Part shown: positions 1-8,438 of the stretch, piece by piece
Numbering within the stretch: the stretch's first letter is position 1
Layout of the letters: each line of letters opens with the position of its first letter
Assembly (NCBI GenBank): GCA_964412125.1
Contig: CAYPNR010000007.1
Coordinates: forward strand, 1 to 42,492
Reading direction: 5' to 3'
DNA from: an uncultured Planctomycetota bacterium
Lineage (GTDB): Bacteria; Planctomycetota; SKW154
Length of the DNA stretch: 42,492 nt
Translations under genes and position numbers: made by a program
The notes under the pieces: generated by a model
Database searches by the model: none
Told to the model about the DNA's origin: nothing
Seen by the model: only the letters and a program-made list of their open reading frames with translations

Positions 1-50
1 CAGCCGGCGCACAGAACCGTCAGCAGAAGAAACAGCACCCTTCTCCTCAT
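1..50 (-). CDS. 5' end of an exported (signal-peptide-like) protein; the gene continues left of the window
   Basis: ATG at 50..48 (minus) overlaps the TGA (52..50) of the upstream gene by 1 nt (TGATG). A GGGAGGG Shine-Dalgarno lies 6 nt upstream. Translation MRRRVLFLLLTVLCAG shows a basic n-region followed by a hydrophobic core. Only 16 codons are visible. Confidence 0.4.
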   Translation of the reverse strand, partial: MRRRVLFLLLTVLCAG

Positions 51-1519
51 CACTTTCCCTCCCACAAATCTCGCCAGTATTCCTCCCAATACTTATCTCC
101 TGTGACCTTCCTGAGGACATCTGCAGCCTCTTCCCTCCAGCCAATCCGTAAGTCCCTATCCGTCGCATAATCCTCCAGAGTGCGGAGAAGTGATCGACAT
201 TCCATCAGAGACTTTTTAGCCTCTTTTGCCAGCCTCCGGGTGTCAGCCCAAGAAGGTCCGCCTGTACTCATCCATAGTGGTGTCGTATCGCCCACAAGAC
301 AACTCATTTGGCCCACGAGTGTGTCAGAACCTTCATCCTTCTTCTCGATGGTTTTCACTATGACATCTTCGGAATCAGGGAGTAATCTGGCAAGAGCCCA
401 TGCCGCTCCGTCCGCCACCAGAGGATTCTCGTTCCTTGGTAGCAACGCCGTCTTAAAAACCTTCTCCAGTGCTCCTATTATTTCCCTGTCGCCTTTAAGG
501 CAGGATGCGGCCATACAGGCTGCCCTCAGTGTTGAGTTAAGTCTGTCCTCCTCATCCTGACTCATCTCGCCATGCACATATTCCTTAGGCACAGGCACTC
601 TTAACCACTCAAGTATCACCTTGCGCTCGGGTTTTCCTCCACATCGCAGAAAACTCTTCATCAGTTTAAGACGGAGTGCCTCCCAACCCTTCTTCTGCAT
701 CAACTTCCATATATCAGGTGCGGCATCCGGGTCACCCTCTATACAGTCTCCTATCCTTTCGAAAGCATATTCTATCTCCATACCTGATTCATACGCTTCC
801 ACAAGTGGTTTCAATGCGGGTTTGCCAAGATACGCCGCAGAGCATATCAAGTGGCTGTCCTTCATCTCAATCAACTCACGAGCAAGCGTCTCATAGAACG
901 TTTTCTTCAACTGACTCCTCTGCATGACAGTAACAGCCCGGCCGACGAGCACGGGACATATATCGTCTTCTTTGTAGCGTTCCTTCACGAGCGACCATAT
1001 CTGCAGCGCCCATTCGTGCTTGACTGACCCGGCAACGCGCTTAAGCCACGACAATGCCATCGCTATATCGCCTTCGTCCCCCTTCTTCATTCTCTCCATC
1101 AGGAACTTGAACCACTCCTCATCCAGACCACGCCGTTTTATGTCCTCCTCTATCAAATCAGGTTCTTCATAATCCTCAAACTCCCCTTCCTCCACGTACT
1201 CGAACAATTCTTCATTGCTCATGGCCTGGATCCTTCTGCGCAGCCATTCCGTCGCCAGTGGACCCGGTGGAACATCATCCTTATCCAGCTTATCCAGGTC
1301 CTCCAGTCTGATTGGTCTGGGCTCATTATCCTCAGAAACTTTGCTTTCTTCTTCCGTCTTTTCTCCTTCCCCGCCTCTTTTGTCATTTGATGTACTACTC
1401 ATTGCCGACTTGTCAAAACTTCTTTTTGTTGTCCCTGAACAACTGGGTAGAGTATAGACCATAACTCCTATGCAGATTATCAGGACGGAACCCATTGCCC
1501 AGACAGCGGATTTCCTCAT
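50..1519 (-). CDS. Hypothetical exported/lipoprotein-like acidic helical-repeat (HEAT/ARM-like) protein on a low-GC island
   Basis: Track ORF 50..1540 (-). Preferred start is ATG 1519 with GGAGG 8 nt upstream, giving MRKSAVWAMGSVLIICIGVMVYTLPSC (signal/anchor, possible lipobox LPSC). An acidic low-complexity linker follows (EGEKTEEESKVSEDNEP, EEGEFEDYEEPDLIEED). The remaining roughly 380 aa look helical-repeat-like (AAWALARLLPDS-type motif). G+C is clearly lower than in the rest of the window. Confidence 0.75.
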   Translation of the reverse strand: MRKSAVWAMGSVLIICIGVMVYTLPSCSGTTKRSFDKSAMSSTSNDKRGGEGEKTEEESKVSEDNEPRPIRLEDLDKLDKDDVPPGPLATEWLRRRIQAMSNEELFEYVEEGEFEDYEEPDLIEEDIKRRGLDEEWFKFLMERMKKGDEGDIAMALSWLKRVAGSVKHEWALQIWSLVKERYKEDDICPVLVGRAVTVMQRSQLKKTFYETLARELIEMKDSHLICSAAYLGKPALKPLVEAYESGMEIEYAFERIGDCIEGDPDAAPDIWKLMQKKGWEALRLKLMKSFLRCGGKPERKVILEWLRVPVPKEYVHGEMSQDEEDRLNSTLRAACMAASCLKGDREIIGALEKVFKTALLPRNENPLVADGAAWALARLLPDSEDVIVKTIEKKDEGSDTLVGQMSCLVGDTTPLWMSTGGPSWADTRRLAKEAKKSLMECRSLLRTLEDYATDRDLRIGWREEAADVLRKVTGDKYWEEYWRDLWEGK

Positions 1520-1549
1520 CTTTCCCGCCTCCGCCAACAAACCCGTTGC

Positions 1550-1577
1550 TTAATATCAATTACCCTTAGAATATCAA
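1550..1577 (-). promoter_or_regulatory. Sigma-70-like promoter for the low-GC gene (TTGATA-N16-TATTAA on the minus strand)
   Basis: The reverse complement of 1550..1577 reads TTGATA ttctaagggtaattga TATTAA. It ends about 30 nt upstream of ATG 1519, inside an AT-rich intergenic stretch. Confidence 0.4.
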
Positions 1578-1777
1578 ATACCACCATAAATCCTTCCCTT
1601 TACAGATGAATTTGCAGATTCCATACCGCCTCTCGGCGCCGGGTGCCGACCCGCGGCCGCTGCTTTCCCTGGCCCCAAGAATCCAGAATTTTCCCTCAAC
1701 GCTTCGTTGAACCACAGACTACTATTGATTGAAAGTCGCCGCAGTCTTCAGTCTGCCCTCCTCCGCATCCGTCAGGT

Positions 1778-1981
1778 GTGAAAGTCGGCGGAAGCGTGAC
1801 GCTCGTCTGCGTGGTGTCGGAAGAGCCCTGCACCGCGAGCGGCCTTGCGGCGCTGCGCGCGGCGGGGGTGGAGACGCTTCTCACAAGCGCCGGCGCCGCA
1901 GGTGAGGGAACACTGTTCGTGGTCGCCGACCCGGACGCCGAACAGGCGGTCCGCGCCCTCCACGCCGCGCTGTGCGAATGA
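1778..1981 (+). CDS. Small ACT-domain-like ORF (67 aa), possibly a C-terminal remnant of a regulatory-domain gene
   Basis: The GTG-start ORF reads KVGGSVTLVCVVSEEP..GLAALRAAGVETLLTSAGAAGEGTLFVVADPDAEQAVRALHAAL. This resembles a single ACT / ACT_7-type beta-alpha-beta-beta-alpha-beta unit such as the C-terminus of aspartokinase-like proteins. The frame is open only from 1733, and I saw no convincing RBS. Confidence 0.3.
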   Translation: MKVGGSVTLVCVVSEEPCTASGLAALRAAGVETLLTSAGAAGEGTLFVVADPDAEQAVRALHAALCE

Positions 1982-2049
1982 CTCAGACGGCGTGGACTCG
2001 AAACGAACCGCGTGGTAGAATCACCCGCGACACGACCGGAGAGGGAGAA

Positions 2050-2898
2050 ATGCAACCGCACGACGACCGGAGACGGAAATTGCTGCGGACGGCTCTCAGG
2101 ATACTGGCGGGCGCCGCCGGCGCCTACCTGCTCGTGCTCCTCTTGATGTTCCTGTTTCAGAAACATTTCATCTACTTCCCCGAAAAAATCCCGCGGAAGA
2201 AGAAAATCGCCCTGCCCAACGGCGACGAGGAGGTCTGGATAACCGTCCGGGAAGCGGGCAGGATCCACGGCATCCGCCACCCCGCGCCGCAGGGGCGACT
2301 CACCGTGCTGTTCCTCCACGGGAACGCGCGGAACATTCTCCACTACCGCTCCATCTACGACGGTTTCTCCAAGAATGGCTTCGGCGTTCTGATGATAGAC
2401 TATCCCGGCTTCGGCAAGAGCGAAGGCGCGCCGTCGGAGCGGGCGCTGTACGAGACGGCGCACGCGGCGGTCGCCTTCCTCAACAAAACGGGCGTCGAAA
2501 ACGACCGGATCGTCGTCTTCGGCAAGTCGCTCGGAACCGGAGTCGCCACCGAACTCGCCGCGTCCGACCGCTACGCCGGCCTGATACTGGAGTCGCCTTT
2601 CACCGACATCGCGGCGGTCGGGCAGGACAAATACTGGTTCCTGCCGGTGCGCCTGCTGCTGCGCGAGAGTTACGACAACCTCTCGCGGATCGCGGAGGTG
2701 AAATGCCCCCTGCTGGTGATAGTCGCCGAAGAGGACGAGTTGGTGCCGCCGGAGCAGTCGCGTGAGGTGTTCGAGAAGGCCGACGGACCGAAAGAGATGC
2801 TGACGGTGCCGGGCGCCCACCACAACGACATACAGGACGTGGGCGGCCGACGCTACTGGGACAGCGTAAAGAGTTGGATGGAAAAACTCGTCCGATAA
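2050..2898 (+). CDS. Alpha/beta-fold hydrolase (BEM46/ABHD13-like, membrane-anchored)
   Basis: Track ORF 1972..2898. Start moved to ATG 2050 (GGAGAGGGAG upstream). Features: N-terminal TM helix (ILAGAAGAYLLVLLLMFLF), the LFLHGNA block, nucleophile elbow GKSLG, the CPLLVIVAEEDELVP block and a C-terminal GAHHND histidine. Confidence 0.85.
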   Translation: MQPHDDRRRKLLRTALRILAGAAGAYLLVLLLMFLFQKHFIYFPEKIPRKKKIALPNGDEEVWITVREAGRIHGIRHPAPQGRLTVLFLHGNARNILHYRSIYDGFSKNGFGVLMIDYPGFGKSEGAPSERALYETAHAAVAFLNKTGVENDRIVVFGKSLGTGVATELAASDRYAGLILESPFTDIAAVGQDKYWFLPVRLLLRESYDNLSRIAEVKCPLLVIVAEEDELVPPEQSREVFEKADGPKEMLTVPGAHHNDIQDVGGRRYWDSVKSWMEKLVR

Positions 2899-2929
2899 GG
2901 CAGAACGAGTCCGACGGCGACGCGGACGG

Positions 2930-3445
2930 TCAGACGGCGACGGTGGCGGAAAGATGGCGTCTCATGTAACGCCGCGCGTAATGCAGCCGCGACATAACCG
3001 TTCCGACCGAGCAGCCCATCACCTCGGCGATCTGCTTGTAGGAAAGATCGTTCTGCCACCATAGAAGAATCGCCGCCCGATGTATCGGCGAAAGCCGGTC
3101 CAGAGCGTCCTCGACGCACACGCGTATCTCTTTCTCGTGCAGGGCGTCCGCGGGGTCCCGCTCCGGCCGCCGCTCGAGCGCCCCGGCGCGGCGGACCACG
3201 CGCCGCTCCTTCCGCCTGATGCGGTCTATGCAGATGTTGTTCGTCACGCGTCTTATCCACGCCGCCTGCGAGCGGACGCCGCGGAGCCTCGCCAGGTTCT
3301 GATATACCTTGACGAACACCTCCTGGACCACGTCCAGCGCGTCCTCCCGGTTGCCCGTCATCCGGTACGCGCTCGCATATACCCGTCGGCGGTACCGCTC
3401 GAACAGTTCGTTGAATTCTTTTTCGTCCGACGTCGACCGCTTCAT
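2930..3445 (-). CDS. ECF-type RNA polymerase sigma-70 family factor (orphan, no adjacent anti-sigma)
   Basis: Region 2 (FNELFERYRRRVYASAYRMTGNREDALDVVQEVFVKVY) and region 4 HTH (LSYKQIAEVMGCSVGTVMSRLHYAR) are present. Length is 171 aa. GGAG lies 6 nt upstream of the ATG. Confidence 0.9.
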   Translation of the reverse strand: MKRSTSDEKEFNELFERYRRRVYASAYRMTGNREDALDVVQEVFVKVYQNLARLRGVRSQAAWIRRVTNNICIDRIRRKERRVVRRAGALERRPERDPADALHEKEIRVCVEDALDRLSPIHRAAILLWWQNDLSYKQIAEVMGCSVGTVMSRLHYARRYMRRHLSATVAV

Positions 3446-3482
3446 TTTTTTCTCCGCAAGAGACCGCCGCGGGCAAGGGAGC

Positions 3483-3497
3483 GCAACGCGTGTGCCA
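3483..3497 (-). promoter_or_regulatory. Sigma-54 (RpoN) -24/-12 promoter, TGGCAC-N5-TTGC, driving the ECF sigma gene
   Basis: The minus strand reads TGGCACacgcgTTGC, an exact match to the core consensus. It has the correct orientation, and 37 nt separate TTGC from the ATG at 3445. Confidence 0.5.
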
Positions 3498-3527
3498 CAG
3501 CGGGCACAAAACTCACAGCAGGTTGGC

Positions 3528-3590
3528 GCGCAAGGAGTTACGCGAAGCGGCCGGAACGGCTCCTTGCGCCGGCAGCCAAGGTTCCTTGGC
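3528..3590. promoter_or_regulatory. Two inverted repeats upstream of the sigma-54 promoter (candidate enhancer/UAS, or the nudix terminator)
   Basis: IR1 is GCGCAAGGAG (3528..3537) / CTCCTTGCGC (3560..3569), perfect 10-bp arms with a 22-nt spacer. IR2 is GCCAAGG-tt-CCTTGGC (3575..3590). Both lie 30-95 nt upstream of the -24 element and just downstream of the nudix stop (3604). Confidence 0.35.
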
Positions 3591-3603
3591 CGTTGGTGAC
3601 AAG

Positions 3604-4059
3604 TTATCTTGGCGGTGCGGCACGCGGGAAAACAACCCCCTCAAACTCAAGACGCGCGCGCGCCGCGCGTAAAATCCGCCTCGCGCCCTCGTAGGAAACC
3701 GCCTCCAGCGCCGCGTCGAAGGTCAGCCACGCGCAGTCGTCGTGCTCCTCCGACAGACGTGTGCGGCCGGAAAGGACCTCGGCCAGAAAATAGGTGACGG
3801 TCTTGTGAAACCGCACGCCCGCACGGTCGTAGGAGTACTCGTCGGACGTCCTGAAGTCCGGATCCACACGAATGCGGGTCAGTCCGGTCTCCTCTTCGAG
3901 TTCGCGACGCGCCGCCGCGAGGTCGTCTTCGCCCTCCTCGACCAGTCCCTTGGGGAAGCCCCAGTAGGAGTGCTCCGAGGAGTGGACGAGAAGGAACTCC
4001 GCGCCGCGACGGCCGCGCCGCCAGACCACGAATCCCGCCGAATGCTCCCGTTCCGCCAC
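3604..4059 (-). CDS. NUDIX hydrolase (Ap4A/dinucleoside-polyphosphate hydrolase-like)
   Basis: A perfect Nudix box is present: GLVEEGEDDLAAARRELEEETGL (GX5EX7REUXEEXGU). GTG start with GGGGGAG 8 nt upstream. It lies 28 nt downstream of the DHH gene. Confidence 0.9.
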   Translation of the reverse strand: MAEREHSAGFVVWRRGRRGAEFLLVHSSEHSYWGFPKGLVEEGEDDLAAARRELEEETGLTRIRVDPDFRTSDEYSYDRAGVRFHKTVTYFLAEVLSGRTRLSEEHDDCAWLTFDAALEAVSYEGARRILRAARARLEFEGVVFPRAAPPR

Positions 4060-4087
4060 GACAAGGACTCCCCCGCACGACCGCCGC

Positions 4088-4984
4088 TCAGTCCTCTTTC
4101 AACGCGTCGAGAATCTCGGCGACGGCGGATTCGGCCGTCTCCGGGTCGAGTTGGCAACTGCCGACGGTCGCGTGTCCGCCGCCGCCGAACTTCTTGAGAA
4201 GGGCGCCGACGTTCACCCCGCAGGTGCGGTTGAATATGCTGTGGCCGACCGCCACCACGACCGCGCCTTTGTGACCGTCGAACAGGCGCATCTCCACGTT
4301 CGCCTCCGGAAACATCGTGTACACCAGGAAACGGTTGCCCACCGGCTTCTCTTTCACGCCGCGGAAGTCGGTCACTATCACGTTGCCGTCGACGCGCGCG
4401 CGCTCGGCGAGCAACTCCTTGAACTGCTCCTGCTCCTTGAGAACGCGTTCGGTGCGTCTCTTCACCTCGCCGTTGTCGAGCACCACCTCCAGCGGCACCT
4501 CCTTGACGTACTCCACCAGCCAGCGGAAGTACTTGCGGAACTCCGGGCCGAGTCCCGAACGCGGGTCTATCGTCAGTCCGAGCAGTATCCAGCCGGACGG
4601 GCTGGTGACGTCCTCGACGGTGAGTTGCGCGCTGTCGAGTTTGTCGGCCGCCTCGAGCAGGTCTTTGAACCTGTCGAGTTTGTCGCGATGCTCGGGCGCG
4701 TAATGGTTGTAGATGACGCGGGCGGCGGAGGGCGCCGTCTCGAACCGGCCCTTGAATTCCCCTATCTCCGGCAGGCTCTCCTCCTCGGAGACGTGATGGT
4801 CGAACCACAAGCCGCAGCCCGGAATGTAGGGCACGTTGACGACGATGTCGTTCTCGTCCGCCTCCACCAGACCGTCCTGGACGTCTTTGGGATGGACGAA
4901 ACGTATCCTGCGCACGTCCTCGACTTCGCTGAGGAGCACGCTGCTGACCAGTCCGTCGAAATCGCCCCGCGTGACGATGTTCAC
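4088..4984 (-). CDS. DHH/DHHA1-family phosphoesterase (NrnB / exopolyphosphatase-related type)
   Basis: This is the C-terminal 298 codons of track ORF 4088..6184. GTG start at 4984 with GGAGGA upstream. Motifs: DFDG (motif I), WFDHHV (DHH) and FGGGGHATVG (DHHA1 GGGH). The upstream part of the track ORF is antisense to metK. Confidence 0.85.
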   Translation of the reverse strand: MNIVTRGDFDGLVSSVLLSEVEDVRRIRFVHPKDVQDGLVEADENDIVVNVPYIPGCGLWFDHHVSEEESLPEIGEFKGRFETAPSAARVIYNHYAPEHRDKLDRFKDLLEAADKLDSAQLTVEDVTSPSGWILLGLTIDPRSGLGPEFRKYFRWLVEYVKEVPLEVVLDNGEVKRRTERVLKEQEQFKELLAERARVDGNVIVTDFRGVKEKPVGNRFLVYTMFPEANVEMRLFDGHKGAVVVAVGHSIFNRTCGVNVGALLKKFGGGGHATVGSCQLDPETAESAVAEILDALKED

Positions 4985-5049
4985 ATCTCTTCCTCCAACC
5001 GGGCCGCCGCGATACCATACCACCGGCGGCGGCGCTTCGCAAGTCTCCC

Positions 5050-5077
5050 TTGACACGAAGGCGCGCGACCGTATCAT
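5050..5077 (+). promoter_or_regulatory. Sigma-70-like promoter of metK (TTGACA-N16-TATCAT)
   Basis: TTGACA at 5050..5055 and TATCAT at 5072..5077. The GGAGGA RBS is at 5099..5104 and the GTG at 5111. The leader is only about 25-30 nt. Confidence 0.4.
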
Positions 5078-5110
5078 GGTCGGACTCGACGCTTCTTTGG
5101 AGGACAGACG

Positions 5111-6268
5111 GTGACCGAGAAGATACATCGATTCACGAGCGAGTCCGTGGCGGTCGGACATCCCGACAAGGTGGCCGACCAGATCTCCGACGCCATTCTC
5201 GACGCGATAATGGAGCAGGACCCGATGGGCCGCGTCGCCGCCGAGACGCTGGTCACGACCGGTCTGGCCTTCGTCACCGGCGAGATAACCACCGACTGCT
5301 ACGTGGACATACCCAAAGTGGTGCGACGGACGATCAAGGACATCGGCTACGACGATCCGAGTCTCGGATTCGACTGGGAGACATGCGCGGTGCTCACGGC
5401 GATAGACGAGCAGTCGCCGGACATCAGCATGGGCGTGGTACGTGACGGCGGCGACATCGGCGCGGGCGACCAGGGAATAATGGTGGGCTACGCCACCGAC
5501 GAGACGCCGGAGATGATGCCGCTGCCGATAGTGCTTTCGCGGAAGTTGATGCAGCGTCTGGAGGAGGTGCGCACGCACAACGTACTCGATTTTCTCTGCC
5601 CCGACGGCAAGTGTCAGGTGACCATCGCGTATGAGGGTCGCAGGCCCGTGCACGTGGACACGGTGATTCTGTCGGCGCAGCACACCGAGACGCCGATCGA
5701 GCGCGTCCGCGAAGGTCTCGAACGGGAGGTGATACGGAAGACCATCCCCGAAGAGATGCTGGACGAGCGAACGAAGATTCTCATCAACCCGACCGGTCGC
5801 TTCGTCGAAGGCGGGCCCAAGGCGGACACGGGTCTGACCGGGAGAAAGGTGATAGTGGACACCTACGGCGGCCGCGCGGGTCACGGCGGCGGCGCCTTCT
5901 CCGGCAAGGATCCCACCAAGGTGGACAAGTCGGCCTCGTTCATGGCCCGCTACGCCGCGAAGAACGTCATCGCCGCCGGTCTCGCCAGCGAGTGCGAGAT
6001 ACAGGTGGCCTACGCCATCGGCGTCACAGAGCCCATAGCGGTCTTCGTCGACACCATGGGCACCGGCAGGACGCCGGACCACGTGATACGGGAACTGGTG
6101 AAGAAGCATTTCGACTTTCGTCCGAAGGCGATGATAGAGATACTGGACCTGCGCAGGCCCATCTACCGCGACATGGCGCGCCACGGATACTTCGGCCGCG
6201 AGGGCGAACGCTTCACGTGGGAGCGGACGGACAAAGCGGAGGCGCTTCGCGCCGACGCCGGGATTTGA
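5111..6268 (+). CDS. metK: S-adenosylmethionine synthetase
   Basis: [54 protein letters not shown]. 385 aa, full-length MetK signature blocks. Confidence 0.97.
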   Translation: MTEKIHRFTSESVAVGHPDKVADQISDAILDAIMEQDPMGRVAAETLVTTGLAFVTGEITTDCYVDIPKVVRRTIKDIGYDDPSLGFDWETCAVLTAIDEQSPDISMGVVRDGGDIGAGDQGIMVGYATDETPEMMPLPIVLSRKLMQRLEEVRTHNVLDFLCPDGKCQVTIAYEGRRPVHVDTVILSAQHTETPIERVREGLEREVIRKTIPEEMLDERTKILINPTGRFVEGGPKADTGLTGRKVIVDTYGGRAGHGGGAFSGKDPTKVDKSASFMARYAAKNVIAAGLASECEIQVAYAIGVTEPIAVFVDTMGTGRTPDHVIRELVKKHFDFRPKAMIEILDLRRPIYRDMARHGYFGREGERFTWERTDKAEALRADAGI

Positions 6269-6288
6269 CGACGATTTGGAGGCGGAAC

Positions 6289-7554
6289 ATGAGTGACAGA
6301 TACGACGTAGCCGACATCTCCCTCGCAGAAGAGGGACTGAAGCGGATCACATGGGCCGATCGATTCATGCCGGTGCTCGCGCGCATCCGCGAGCGCTTCA
6401 TCGCGGAGAAGCCTCTCGACGGCGTGCGCATCGGAGCGTGCCTGCACGTGACCACCGAAACCGCCAATCTCGTGCGGACGTTGAAGGCGGGAGGCGCCGA
6501 GGTCGCGCTCTGCGCTTCCAATCCGCTCTCCACGCAGGACTACGTGGCCGCGGCCCTGGCCAAGCACTACGACGTCGGCGTGTTCGCCGTCTGCGGCGAG
6601 GAAAGCGAGCGCTACTACGACCACATCGAAAGCGTCCTCGCCACCAAACCCACCATCACGATAGACGACGGAGCGGATCTCGTCTCCACGCTGCACGAGC
6701 GCTACTCCGGGATGACCGGCGACGTGCTCGCCTCGATGGAGGAGACCACCACCGGTCTGATTCGTCTGCGGGCGATGGAGCGCGACGACGCTCTGCTGGT
6801 GCCCATCATCGCCGTCAACGACGCCGACGCCAAGCATCTGTTCGACAACCGCTACGGCACCGGTCAGTCCACCGTGGACGGCATCATCCGCGCCACCAAT
6901 CTCCTGCTGGCCGGCAGAACGGTGGTGGTCGGCGGATACGGCTGGTGCGGACGCGGTCTGGCCTCCCGCATCCGCGGCATGGGAGCGAGCGTCATCGTGA
7001 CGGAAGTGGACCCCATACGCGCGCTCGAGGCCGCGATGGACGGCTTCCGCGTAATGCCCATGTCCGAGGCGGCCGCAGAAGGCGATCTGTTCTGCACGCT
7101 CACCGGCGACAAACACGTCCTGCGACGCGAGCACTTCGAGAAGATGAAGGACGGCGCCATCGTCTGCAACTCGGGTCACTTCAACGTCGAGATCGACATT
7201 CCCGCGCTGGAGGAGGCGGCCGCCGAAGTGGAGCGCGGCGTTCGTCCCTACATAGACCGCTACATCATGCACGACGGTCGTTCCGTTTATCTGCTGGCGG
7301 AGGGGCGCCTCATCAACCTCGCCGCCGCGGAAGGACATCCGCCGTCGGTGATGGACATGTCCTTTTCCGTTCAGGCGCTCTGCGCGGAGTGGGCCGTCAA
7401 GAACGGAGGAACTCTGGCGCATCGCGTGCACAGCGTTCCGCGCGAGATAGACGAGAGCGTCGCGCGTCTCAAACTCGAGACGATGGGCGTCCGCATCGAC
7501 GATCTCACCGCCGAGCAACGCGACTATCTCTCCTCATGGCGGGAGGGCACTTAA
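6289..7554 (+). CDS. ahcY: Adenosylhomocysteinase
   Basis: ATG 6289 lies within track ORF 5992..7554. Blocks: [27 protein letters not shown] (NAD-binding), [17 protein letters not shown]. It starts 20 nt after metK. Confidence 0.97.
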   Translation: MSDRYDVADISLAEEGLKRITWADRFMPVLARIRERFIAEKPLDGVRIGACLHVTTETANLVRTLKAGGAEVALCASNPLSTQDYVAAALAKHYDVGVFAVCGEESERYYDHIESVLATKPTITIDDGADLVSTLHERYSGMTGDVLASMEETTTGLIRLRAMERDDALLVPIIAVNDADAKHLFDNRYGTGQSTVDGIIRATNLLLAGRTVVVGGYGWCGRGLASRIRGMGASVIVTEVDPIRALEAAMDGFRVMPMSEAAAEGDLFCTLTGDKHVLRREHFEKMKDGAIVCNSGHFNVEIDIPALEEAAAEVERGVRPYIDRYIMHDGRSVYLLAEGRLINLAAAEGHPPSVMDMSFSVQALCAEWAVKNGGTLAHRVHSVPREIDESVARLKLETMGVRIDDLTAEQRDYLSSWREGT

Positions 7555-7586
7555 CGTCGATTTCCGACGGTCGAGTCGGAGAGGAG

Positions 7587-8405
7587 ATGAGAGTCCGAGC
7601 GAGTGGACGAGAGTCGTTTTGCGCGCCGCTGTGGACCGCCGCGCGCCTGCTGGCGGAGGTCGGCCTCGTACTGGTCACGCGTCCGACCCGCTCACGCGCC
7701 GACGTCTTCTGCGCGGGCTTCGGCCACGCCGCGCCGCGGCCGTCCGCCGGAACGCTGATCGCGGCGCCGACCGACGAGGCGGCGGCCGCCGCGAAAGCGT
7801 CGGGCCGCGGCGACGTCCTCCGCGTCGACTACGGGCTGGACGACTTCGTCGACGCCGACTGCGACTCATACGAGTTTCTTCTGGAAAGCGACGCGCCTTA
7901 TCTGTTCTGCGCCTGCGAGATGAGCGGCCGCACGCCCATCGCGGCGCTCTGCGGCGCGCTCACCTGGGCGCAGAAGTGCCGCAGCGCGCCGCCCCTTGCG
8001 CTCCTCGCGCTCTGGGGCGTCGAGGAACGCGCCTATCAGGCGTTCCTGCACACAGCCGAAGGCTTCGGCCTCACCGAGCGGCTCCAGGTGGTCGAGGTCG
8101 CCGGCGGCGAAGAACTGGGCGCGCTGGCGGGACGCGCGCGTTGCGCCCTCTCGGTCCTCTCAGAACACGAGTGCGGTTACGTCGCGCTCGGCTCGGCGGC
8201 CGCGGGCGTTCCCACAGTGGTCCTCGGAGGCGGCGCGCATCTGGCCGACCACGTCGTGCTCGTGGAGGAGCCGGCCCAGGTCGCCGAGGCTCTCGAATCC
8301 GCACTCGAGCAGCGCGACGCCCTGGCGAGAGCCGCAGAGCCTCTCAGGTCGCGTCGATGGAAGACGTTTCTGGAAGCGGTGCTGTCGTTTGCGCGCCGCG
8401 GATGA
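7587..8405 (+). CDS. Short glycosyltransferase-like protein (GT1/GT4 C-terminal-domain-like, degenerate)
   Basis: ATG 7587 (GGAGAGGAG upstream) lies within track ORF 6351..8405. The C-terminal block LSVLSEHECGYVALGSAAAGVPTVVLGG resembles the PS..E.FG...lEAmAaGvPVV motif of GT-B enzymes. At 272 aa there is no full N-terminal Rossmann domain. Confidence 0.5.
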   Translation: MRVRASGRESFCAPLWTAARLLAEVGLVLVTRPTRSRADVFCAGFGHAAPRPSAGTLIAAPTDEAAAAAKASGRGDVLRVDYGLDDFVDADCDSYEFLLESDAPYLFCACEMSGRTPIAALCGALTWAQKCRSAPPLALLALWGVEERAYQAFLHTAEGFGLTERLQVVEVAGGEELGALAGRARCALSVLSEHECGYVALGSAAAGVPTVVLGGGAHLADHVVLVEEPAQVAEALESALEQRDALARAAEPLRSRRWKTFLEAVLSFARRG

Positions 8406-8438
8406 GCGACGACCAGCGTTTCCCGGAGCGCGGGCGGA

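Noticed and set aside
4985-5110. Possible SAM riboswitch upstream of metK
   Set aside because: The promoter-like element at 5050-5077 leaves a leader of only about 25-30 nt. That is too short for any SAM riboswitch class, and I saw no conserved riboswitch helices.
4985-6184. N-terminal two thirds of the 698-aa minus-strand ORF
   Set aside because: It is antisense to metK. The real DHH gene starts at GTG 4984 with a GGAGGA RBS, and the DHH motif I (DFDG) lies right at that start.
6351-7586. First 412 codons of the 684-aa plus-strand ORF, and the 451-aa minus ORF at 6163-7518
   Set aside because: Both overlap ahcY in other frames and encode Arg-rich low-complexity sequence. Only the part from ATG 7587 onward is retained, as the GT-like gene.
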